Below are positions 29,001-41,000 of a stretch of DNA of 64,000 nucleotides, piece after piece. The stretch is from Convolutriloba macropyga (lineage: Eukaryota). The stretch covers positions 25,358,001 to 25,422,000 of the forward strand of contig NC_134479.1 of the NCBI RefSeq assembly GCF_964194025.1, read 5' to 3'. The notes under the pieces are model-generated. The model was not told where the DNA came from. It saw only the letters and a program-made list of their open reading frames with translations, and made no database searches. Position 1 is the first letter of the stretch. Each line of letters starts with the position of its first letter. The translations under genes were made by a program, and so were the position numbers.

Positions 29001-32000
29001 AATTATTTGAGCATCAACCTCTTTGTTTTGCTAGCAAAGAGAAAATACAACGCAAGCCACAACAGTACTTCTATGACACTATTGGAAGGCTATCATACTA
29101 GAAACCCGTTCGTATTCTTCAACGACAAAACAATCGACAGAAAAGTAAGTCAAAAACTTGCAGCGAAGAACAAAAAAGACCAACCAAATAGCCTAAACTG
29201 CAAACTCTGTGACACAGCTAAATTGGAGAAACGCACAAATTGCTCTTTCCACAAAAACACTTCAACAACAAACTGACTAAAGGAACATGGCAGATCCAAG
29301 TCCGCCTCACGTACATCTGAAAAGGTTCTCAGGACTACCAAACGAAAACTGGCCTGAATTTGAAGGACTACTGAGAGCAAACTTTGCTGTATCTAGAATT
29401 CCTGAAGCGAACCACCAACGTGCAAGATATCTTCACCTACACTTAGCCGGTAATGCACTCAACTATTACCTTCGACTCGCCGAAAACACAAGAAACGATC
29501 TAGACGATTCGCTTGAACAACTACGCAACCGATATGCAGGAGCAGACCAAAGAAGAAACTTTGAGCTCGATCTGCAATCGAGACAGTTCGATCCAGTGAA
29601 AGAACAACCCGATGACTTCCTCACAGATCTGCAACGCCTCGCCAACCTCGCAATTGTGGACGATCCTGCAGCTCACATAGACCGCACTGACGAAAGAACA
29701 AGACGAATAAGAGAACAATTCATTCAAGGCATGCCCTTCAAGTACAAGAAAGTGTTGCTGAGAGAGAATGACAACATCACTGTAAACGAACTATGCGCTA
29801 TCATCAAACGACGAGTCAGAATTGATCAGATAAACCCCGAACCACAATACACCACGGCATTCAATGCACTAAACGCATCAGGAAATCCTGCTGTGGCCCA
29901 AGCCATAGAAAGCATAATGGCCGCCGGCATAGCATCAATGCAAGTAGCACAGCCACCGCATCAGCGCGTGGAGAGTACTCAGTACCCTAGCTACAGAAGA
30001 GGAAATAACTACAGAGGCTACAACCACAACAGACAAACATACCAGTATAATGGAAACCAAAATGGCCGAGGATACAGTAACAACTACAACAGCAGAGGAC
30101 GTAACCGTGGAAGCTTTCAGAGAGCCCGAGGAAATTATCCGAGAGGAAGGTCAAACTTCCAACGAAACGACCGAAGTAATGGACGTACCGAAAGATCTCC
30201 TACACCAATGAGAACATTTTGCAGAACATGTGCTAGCAATGAGCACACTGCCCGAGATTGTCCAGAACGTCAACCAGCATACCGCGATGGAAACATGCCA
30301 TTCATTCAGCAATCAAAAAACTAAATAACCTGCATGTTTTTCTACAACATATACCAGATAGCATGACAAACTATAGCGAAAATGTATTCATAATACCTCT
30401 GCAGTTCGAAACATTAATAATGAAAGCAGTAGCAGACACTGGAGCATTCAGCAGCGCCATGTCAAAGAAACATTTTGATAAAATAAGCAGAAACCTCTAC
30501 CAAAAACCAGAAAAAACAAATCCTCCTGAAATAAACGTTTCTACAGCTTTCCTACACCAATCACCCATTTTATTTACAGTCCAACTGACATTCAAAATTG
30601 GCCATTTACAATTTGAGGAACAGTTCATGGTGTTTGAAACACTTTCCGCTATCCTTCTTGGCTTTCCCTTCTTTGATAAAAATGAGATTATTATTGATGC
30701 CCACAACAGACTACTCCAAACACCAGAATTTACTTTTCAGCTAAATCTAATGCACATAAAAGGCAACAACAAACAAAAACGTCTCAACAGCCGAAAAAAA
30801 ATCATGCTCAAAACCAAAACAACCTATACGCTATCACCTGGGGAACAAAAATTTCTGGAACTAATCCCATTGGAGGAAACTGATGCACAAGAACAAATTG
30901 GACTCGTAGAGCCTACTGTCAAATTTGAAAAACTGGGCCTTGGTCTAACAAGCACGCTTGACAAACTTACAAAAAACAAAACTACCACCCTACTTGCAAT
31001 CAATACAACAGAAGTTCCACTGCACATTAGACAAGACTCTCCAGTAGCAACATTCGAAATCATCACACCAGAGCAAGCACGCTACCTGATACCACTTGAG
31101 CCAAAACTTCTCCCATCAAGCGACTCAAAGAAAACAATAAAGCAAATAGAAAAATCTATAGAGAGAACAGCAAAAGGCGAAATAAATCATATAACAATAA
31201 CACACGAAAACGGATTCTGGTTTCCGACCCCAGAAACCAATCCCGACACATCGAAGATGAGTGAAGTTGAAAAACGCATATATGACGAACTTGTTAAATT
31301 TAAAAATCTTGAAGCAATTCAACCACTCTCGAAAAACGAAGACAGGAAAACTTTTCTTAACGCATTCAAATGGAGCGACAGCGTACTGTCTGACAAAGAT
31401 AAAGAAAGAACAGAACAGCTTCTAGTCGAATTCAATGACATATTCACAAGGCACCGCCTTGAAATTGGCTACACTCACAAATTCTCAGTCAAATTGACAC
31501 CAGACACAAACAGACCTGTATACTCAAAAACTCAAAGAATTTCAATCCATCTCAAAGACGATTTGCTTATTGAACTAGCCCTTCTCCAGTACTACGGAGT
31601 CATAACAACGCTCCCCTTCAGCCGCTACTCATCTCCAATATTTGCAAAACGGAAGCCAAACGGGAAGCTCAGAATATTAGTAGATCTAAGAAAAATGAAC
31701 CATCTCGTTAGAAACGACTACAACAATAACAACTTCCCGATAGCTACACTAGCAGATGCGGGCACCCACTTAGCCGGCAAGAAACTCTTTTGCAAGATGG
31801 ATGGCAGCCACGGCTACTTCTCTGTACCAATGGCAGATGAACAATCAGTACAGTCACTGGCCTTCAACTTCGCATCGAGAACATATGCTTTTCAAAGACT
31901 AGCCCAAGGACTAAGCAGAAGAGTCAGCGCCTTTAGCTCATTCATGCGTCAAAACCTGGACCCCGTGATAACAGCGGATAAATGCTTTCAGTACGTCGAC

Positions 32001-35000
32001 GACATTGGCATCGGAGCACATGACACAAACGACATGTTGGAAAAACTTCGAGCAGTCTTTACATGCATCCGAGAATCAGGAATGAAACTCGCAACAGACA
32101 AATGCGCATTTGGACTCAGATAAATACAATTCCTTGGTAATACGATAACCTCTGAGGGTCTCACACCAATTACACAGAAGATTACAACCTTTCTGAAAAC
32201 ATTCAGAATGCCGCGAAACCCAAAACAAGTCAAACGAATGATCGGATTTTTTCAATTTTACAAAGCCTTTATCCCTGAACTTGCTGAAAAACTTTTACCG
32301 TTCTATCGTCTACTTAAGAAAGGCACCAATTTCGTGATAGAAGAAGAACACCAAGTTATGCTTGAAAAGCTCACAAATGATCTAAGAACAGCCTGTGACC
32401 TTTCACTCAGATTACCCAAAAAGTTGACCAGCAATATGTAATAATGGCTGATGCATCCTTTTACGCAGCCGGATACGTACTAATTATGGAAGACTACACA
32501 ACAAATGATGATAATCAGGAACTGAAAATTTATGCACCCGTCAGTTTTGGATCTAGAATTTTCCACCCAAACCAACTCAAACTTTCGATATATGCGAAAG
32601 AATTCCTCGCAGTTCACTTTGCCCTAGATACCTTTGCAAATATTATATGGGGATGTAAAAAACCAATTCTCATTTTGACAGACAACAGATCAGTAACCAG
32701 GTTCTTTCAAACAAAAATCATACCGCCAACACTTTGGAATGCTCTCGATCATGTACTCAGCTTCGACATCATACTGGGACACATACCCGGAAAAGCCAAT
32801 TTAGCAGCGGACTATCTGTCGAGAATACACATAAACCCGAAAGAGAAGCTCGATCTACGCATCAACTCACGCATACCGATGCACGAAATCGAAATCAACA
32901 CAGCAGCAGATACACCTGACAATTCAATCAGTTATCTGAGCAGCTCAGAAAATGACGATACCCCCAAAATTATGAAAACATACTTACTTGAGAGAAAACA
33001 AACCAGCGGAGAAGATCCTATGAATGTTCGAGCTGACGTTCAACTGCAAATTCTTTCACCTGCAACGCAACAAATAAACGCCATGCATGAACAAAACCCA
33101 TTGGATGAATTCATCACTCATGGGCACGGACCTTTAGATCTGCGTGCCGAACAACAACAAGACAAAGATATCAAACGGGTACTGCTCTGGTTTGAGAGAG
33201 GTTCACCGACTACAGGACAATATCTATCCAGTGACCTAAAAAAGTATCTCAAGCAGTTCCCAAGACTATCGATAACAGAAGGCGTCCTTCATCGCAAGTT
33301 CTATAACCACACTGGAAACCAATTTATTAAACAATATTGCGTCCCGTCGCACTTACAGAAGGAAGTACTCTACAGAATTCATAACAGTGTTTGGAGTGGG
33401 CACAAAGGAGTCTCACTGACAATAGCAGAATTTAGAAAACGATTTTACTTCCCGAACTTCACTGAACGCCTAACAGAATATATCAGAAACTGTCTCACAT
33501 GCTTGCAAACAAAACCAGCACCAATATCTGCATTGAAACCCCATTACAACCACTTTCGTCTCTGCAGAACTTCCCAGCAGACCTTTTACTAATAGATCTG
33601 GTGGTAAAGATGCACCCTTCTCCCTACACGTACATTCTCTCAGGTATTGACGTGTTCTCGAAGTACCTTTTCGTCACACCTCTTATGTAAGGCGACGCAG
33701 ACATCGTAGCACGAGCCCTTGTCTCAACTTTTCTGAGACACTCCTACATTCCCTCAAGAATCATATGTGACCTTGGAACTGCGTTTACTTCCGAATTAAT
33801 GAGCGAACTAGCAAACCTATTTGAGGTAGAGCTCAAACATTGCACACTGAAACATGCGCAAACCATTGGCTTACTTGAAAGAAACCACGCACCGCTCAAA
33901 CAAATCTTGAGAATTAACGAAAACCAAACTTCCTCGGACTGGCATAGATACGTTGACATTGCAGTATTTATACACAACACAACATTTGCACAAGCTCTTG
34001 GGTGCACGCCATCTGACGTCTTTCATGGCAGAACACCGATAAATCCTTTGGACCTCAGATTTCAGAATACAAAATTATGGGAGTCTCACCCAAAATACGA
34101 CTGCATTAAAGAGCTACAAGACAAAACTACGGAGCTTTTCTCCAGCGTAAAAGACAACCTTATCTCGTCTTATCTGAAATATAAAAAGTACTATGACAGA
34201 AAAGCCAACGCCACACCACTAAAACCCAAATCATACTGCCTGATCCTTGACCCAAAAAGCACAACACAAGTAGCAGTGATCAATAAACAGCAAAGCAGGT
34301 GGATACCATTATACAGAGTAGAAAAATTGCTCATGAATGCAAACTACATTGTACGCAAAACCAACACAAATTACACGCAATGTATCCATCGAATGAGACT
34401 TCGACCTGTGAAACCTCAATATCAAATAGAAGACCTCGAACATGTAGACCCAGAAAACTTTGAAGCAGATCCCACCATACCAGAAGAAGAGAGAGAACCA
34501 CAGCTGTTCGACAACCAAGTCAGGCACCACATTAACGAAGACAACATGCAGCTACCCAGTATCTGCATTGAAACCCCCATTACAACCACTTTCGTCTCTG
34601 CAAAACTTCCCAGCAGACCTTTTACTAATAGATCTGGTGGAAAAGATGCACCCTTCTCCCTACACGTACATTCTCTCAGGTATTGACGTGTTCTCGAAGT
34701 ACCTTTTCGCCACACCTCTTATGAAAGGCGACGCAGACATCGTAGCACGAGCCCTTGTCTCAATTTTTCTGAGACACTCCTACATTCCCTCAAGAATCAT
34801 ATGTGACCTTGGAACTGCGTTTACATCCGAATTAATGAGCGAACTAGCAAACCTATTGGAGGTAGAGCTCAAACATTGCACACTGAAACATGCGCAAACC
34901 ATTGGCTTACTTGAAAGAAACCACGCACCGCTCAAACAAATCTTGAGAATTAACGAAAACCAAACTTCCTCGGACTGGCATAGATACGTTGACATTGCAG

Positions 35001-38000
35001 TATTTATACACAACACAACATTTGCACAAGCTCTTGGGTGCACGCCATCTGACGTCTTTCATGGCAGAACACCGATAAATCCTTTGGACCTCAGATTTCA
35101 GAATACAAAATTATGGGAGTCTCACCCAAAATACGACTGCATTAAAGAGCTACAAGAGAACCACAGCTGTTCGACAACCAAGTCAGGCACCACATTAACG
35201 AAGACAACATGCAGCTACCCATAACAACACCAGATGTCCAGTCAGTTTCTTTCAACTCAAACATCCAAACAGCAAATTTTTCTTCTGAAGACCCGCCAAT
35301 ACAATTTCATGATATGACACACGAACCGACGTTTGACCAAGATGCATTCTTCTTGGAAGGCTCAGTTCCAAGCGCAAACACGCAAGAAACACCAGAATCA
35401 ATTGATACAGGAGACTACGTCTTCTCAAACAACTCAAACTTCTTACCGTCCGACAGTCGTTTTGGCTCAAATCGACGATACAACCTTCGCAGAAATGATC
35501 ATCTGGCATTGGCCCGAGAACTCGCTATATAACCTCTTGCAACCATCAGAAAAAGCAAAGGAAGAACAGGTCAAAGTAATAACTTACTTCCCACTTGACC
35601 ACATCCCAGACCCAAACCTGACAATTGATACAACAGAAACTGATCACGATGAGAGCATTGCAGACTCACAAGCAACAAGCTCACAGTCGCGAAACCAGAG
35701 TCTCAATGACTTCACGTTCGATTCACCTGAAAATCTTGGCGATCTATTTGATGACGTTAATAGCCCCGTCTACACGCCCCCAATATTAGACACTACAGGC
35801 GAAACCTTTTACCGGACCAACTCGATCAACGATATTTACAACAATACAACCTCAAGCAATGATGTCCAACAACCGAGATCCGACGAGAACAATGAGCACT
35901 CCCTTATAGGAGGCACCATTTCACAAATTGAAAATAACGAAAGCAATAGTGCTATTGCTCAACACGACAACCCAAGAACATCTTCACCACTTCCTCAAAG
36001 AGTATCCAACAGAGAACTAGCGGACCTTGGCCCAACGCTTCAAAACAGACGGAGAATTGTTCCGCTAACACTTCACCGTCGGGAGATCAACGGAAACCTT
36101 CACCAAACTTTTGGCTTCGAAGATGACAGCCAATAGGAATTGAGCACCAATTCTCTATTATACATACACATTAGATACGTCACCAACCAATGAAAACACT
36201 CCAAAAAAAAATCCTAATTTAAAAGGAAAAAAGACACAGCTCAAATCATTTTCCAAAATTTTGTACCTCAAAATCGGTCGCACAAAGACTCTGATTCAAT
36301 TTCACAAACAAGCCTAGTTAGCAAAATGCTCAATATCGTACTATTTTTACTACAACTTTTACCATTGATGAAAACGAACCAACCATCGGTGGCAACAAAA
36401 GATGGAGTATTGTTCAACCTTCACCAGAAAATTCTATTGACAGAAAAATTTGTCAAAACTGAAATCCTGGTCCCCTACCCAATATATAACAAAACAGTGG
36501 AAGACAAACTGATCAACCTGACAAAAGAGATAGACAAAATGTGGACTTCAGAAAATCATGGATGCCCATTGAACTTCACAAATATGACTGACTCGACAGC
36601 AGGCCTCCACTGGATAGCGCAACAAACAATGATAGAAAACCAACAGGCCCAACACGACATTGTAAACCTCAAATTGGAAATGAGCACACTACTAAGAGCA
36701 AACAGTCAAACTTCTACAACACTGCAAAGACAACCCCGCGGTGCGACTGCCGCAGCAGCAGCAGCCGCAGTGCTGGGAATTGGAATAGGAACAGGCGACA
36801 AAATACTATGCTTCATCAAATCAGTGTTTGGAGGATGCGACGAAAGAGTGGCTAGAAACCAGAAAAACATCAGACAAGCAATGGCTTATCTTCAATACCT
36901 AACCGATCATGTCAAACAAATAACAATCCAAAATAATGAAAAATTCTATGTTGTATCAGGTGAACTGAAAGCCATCAAAGAAGCCCAGAACGAAATAATA
37001 GAGACACAAAACAGGAACTGGGAACTTGCTGAAGGACAATTCAAGGCGTTACGACAAAACGTGCACCACATGAGAAACTGCATCCAATACTTATACGTAA
37101 GAGAACAAATCAATCAACATAGTCTTGTACTTAGCAATATTTTTCAAGCAATACTTGCTAACATCAAAACATACCGATCGGCCCTTTATACGTTTCGAAT
37201 CAACATACTGAATGCCTTGACGCCTCTCATGAATCAACTATTACCAATGTCATGAGTCCCAAGGGAGCAGTTGCATGAAATTCTTACGATTGTTCATTTG
37301 CAACAAAATGGACAACAGGATCGATTTGCTCTAGCCGTACCAATTCAAGAGATTCTCTCGTACTATGAAACGAAATTAGTCACACAAGTCGAGGCAATTG
37401 ACGCAGGTCTTATACTTACACTTGCAATTCCAATGGCTTCAAAAAGTACAGTTGTGAACGTATTGCATGCCATTCCGATCCCAATGCCGGACGGGGATAC
37501 GGGTAAGGCTTTAGTTTGGTGACTTGAAGCCAAATACATGGCCCTCTCAGACGACGGAGAAGAACTAGCGTTTATCGATGAAGACGAGCTCGAAAATTGT
37601 ATCGGATCCCAAAAATACGCAATATGCACCAAAGCCATTCCAACAGAACAGACTTATCGGTCCTGTATGGCTACTTTACTTTACCACGATGACGAGCTAC
37701 TTGCATTGCAACGCTGTCAACTGGATGTAGTAGAATTGCCGTTGACTGAAAAAGCACGCAATCTCGGCTTCGGTCGTTGGTTAATAACATCGTCCAAAGA
37801 CGATTATACACTCATCGAAAGCGCTGGTAATGGCAGCAATCCATTGGCAAGAATTGAGCATCCTGGGTGCAGAGTGTGTATCATCACACTGGGATGTGGA
37901 AAACAGCTTAGAGGACCAAATGTTCATCTTCGCTCAGACCTCACTGCTTGTGACACAGTACCGGCAATACGGTTAGATTTTCAATTACCAGATCCAATAA

Positions 38001-41000
38001 GTACACTCTTCAAACTACTGCCCCCATTGGATGAACTACCAAACTTCTCATCAAGATCTGAGGCACAAATTCATATTCTTCAGCAAATTCAACCAGAGTT
38101 TAAACAAATGGAAACACGACGAACAAATAGCAAATCAATAGAACGAATGGCCGAACCACTTTTAGAAAGAATAAGAGCATTCAAGCCCGAACTCGAACAC
38201 CGATTCGAACAGTACATACCATGGAAAATGTCTCTTCTTTTCGGATTTTTATCCTTCTTGATTAGCGTATTACTACATCTAACTTATTTGCATCTTTTAC
38301 ACAAATGGGCAAAACTTCACCGACGTTTCCCTTTCCGAATAACACACGAAGGACGGCGAATAAAAACAAAACCAGTACAAGTTGTCGCATTAAATGACTA
38401 TGATTACCTACAAGAACATCCAGAACATCCCCTGCACAAATGCTCACTAGTACTACCACTCGAAATTAAAACTGAGTTCGAAAACCAAAACGAAGAAAAC
38501 ATAAATAAACCTCGCACTCCTTACACATTCCTAAGAGACTACATCAGGAGACTAAAACGTAACGAAGAACCAACTATCAAAATTGATCATGTCAACAGGC
38601 CTGCCGCACCGAGTCAGCCCATCTATACACATATACCGGAACAACCACCGGTATCCCATTACGGAGCGTACCCTCTCAGAACAATCAATACAGGAAACGT
38701 TTAAAAAAAACCTGACCGGGACTCGAACCCTCAACTTCAGCATGAGAGTGCAGCGCGCTACCAACTGCGCTAAGTGGGACGGCCGCGTGGTCCGTAAAAA
38801 CAGCTTATAAATAAAAAAAAAAGAAAAAAAAGTTAAATTTTTTTACCCTTCCCCTCTTCTCTTCCCCCTTACCCTAGCTTACCCTTACACCCCTTTGCCC
38901 TTTCCCAGATTTTCCCACATTATGGAAGCACCAGGAACCCGCCGGGATTCGAACCCGGAACCCCAGCTCAACGGCCAGAGATACTAACCACTGAACTAAG
39001 TCACTTGTTAAAAGTTATCAATTACATTCACTTCTACTCTGCCGCAAATTAGAAATTTTGTGTTAGCAGTGAGCAAGGAAAACAAAACTTAAAAATAAAA
39101 ATTAAAAAAAAATTTATTAATTAACAACATTTATAATAGCCCTAAATAAACCAGAGAGACCTATCCTCCATCTGGAAAGTACCTACCATTATATTTGCGA
39201 AAACTTAATTCAAAATTTTGATATTACTCGTGTATTAAACCGAAATTTTCATTACTTGCAATTATTCTTTGAGAAAAATCAACAAGGAAAAATTACAGAG
39301 CAATTCCCCTTAAACCTCCGTTGTTAAAGGCGGGGATTTGCTCCCTACCTTTTTATCCAGCGACGAATTTATTTTTAAAAAAGAATTTATACTGACGCAC
39401 TAAACAACGGAGTAATAAGATGCGACTCCTAAAGGAAACTTATCAATTATCTGTCAAAGCGAGAAAAAGAAGGAAATCCATTAACCCGGAAGGCGAACTG
39501 TCTATCAATCACAATGACAGCCTATAATGGAACACTAATCAATCCAACCAGGGATAATTCCCCACAATCCCAATTAATCAAAATGTCAAATTTCCCCCAC
39601 TTCCCCCGCAACACTATCAATCATTCAAACTACTTTCTGCCTGCTAACTACCAGCAACACTCTTCATTGCTAACTGTTCATTCTCTCAACCTATTACAAT
39701 TTCTTCGCGGATAGAAACTTGGAAATTATTTCAAACAACTTAAACAATTTTCCTACAACTAAAACTTTACCTTTTGCACTATTTCAAACATTTTATAATG
39801 AATCCAGTATATCACTTCAGAATTAAAGTTGAGCCGCGCATTAACACTACATTCAACGGCCAGCCAGCTTATATTACTGAATACAGCATTGCCTTTTTTA
39901 CAGATCGTGAAGCAATAATTAGTATTAACATGCAACAGGACAATATTGTCAACAATATTTATTCAATTTCTTTTATCCCCCTTACAGTGAATGAGACATC
40001 AGCCGTATGGCAAACAATTCTACAATGCATACAATCGGGAAATAATTATAATAATGGGAATTTCTATCTTAACTCAGAAGGAGAACCAGCTGCAGTAGAA
40101 CCATCGCAACCAACCATTTCTGAAAGTCCCGACAGCCCTGACCCTACATCAGACCACAATTCAACTGAATTAAATAATATTCCAATTTCTCCCCATCACC
40201 CATTCCATTCTCAGATGACTCTATGTAAATTTCCTCAAATATTTGCATTTCTTTTCCATTAAAAATCTTATCTCATGTCTTATCCACCAACCCCAACTTT
40301 CACCACAATTGACCAATCAGAAGACACCATTCCTTACATCTCTCCAATTCCAACCCAATTTCCACTTTATGCTTACTTTCTCACTGATTTTGATATAAAA
40401 CTTGCAGTCTTTTCTGAATACTGCATAAATAATCAAGACAAAAAAATCACTTTGGAACCAGATCATCCAAATTTTCTTACCTTTTTGAATTTCTTACAAA
40501 ACACCAAAGAATTTTTAGAAGGCGAATTTGACCTGTAATTTCTTTTTTTTAAACCATATTTACTTTTTCTTTCCCTGATATTTCCAAATCTCAAAACCTA
40601 GCAATTCTGAATTTTCTTAAAAATCATGACAAGCAACTAGGACCAAATCCGAAATTACGTCGGCCCAGAAGACATCGCCCCAAAATTACACACGAACCAC
40701 AACATCAACGTTTGCGTGAAAGTAGGAATCCAATACAGGGAATGTTTTTGCAATGAATATGTCATATTACAAAATAGAACCATCGTGATCTGGGCACACT
40801 CCCATACAGGCCTTCTCACGAAAAAATGTTTTTTCTACACAACCTGGGAATACTACACCTACATTTACCACTTCATTACTTCATCCCAAGGTACCCAACT
40901 CACCCACCAATTCTGGGATTTTATTCAAATGGACAATGACGACCCCATTGAGTTTGACCCTGTTGGCATCCGTGTATTCACTTAGACTTGCATAAACTTC

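Larger units (their letters stand above)
30315..36136 (+). pseudogene. pol: Pol (PR, dUTPase-like spacer, RT, RNase H, IN, long acidic/Ser-Thr tail), disrupted
   Basis: PR ADTGA; RT LRILVDLR and YVDD; RH ADAS, KEFLA, TDN, ADYLSR; IN H..GH..C..C, IDL, CDLG, GLLERNH. Stops at 32121 and 33688; frameshifts near 32420, 33540 and 35520; internal duplication. Confidence 0.95.

Noticed and set aside
37253-37522. Programmed readthrough or selenocysteine at the env TGA codons
   Set aside because: The element also has TAA and TAG stops and frameshifts, so ordinary decay explains them.
38711-39005. Functional tRNA genes (Glu-CTC-like and Gln/Asn-like loops)
   Set aside because: No acceptor stem, 6-nt anticodon loops and a weak T-stem in unit 1. 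Kept only as tRNA-like Pol III units.
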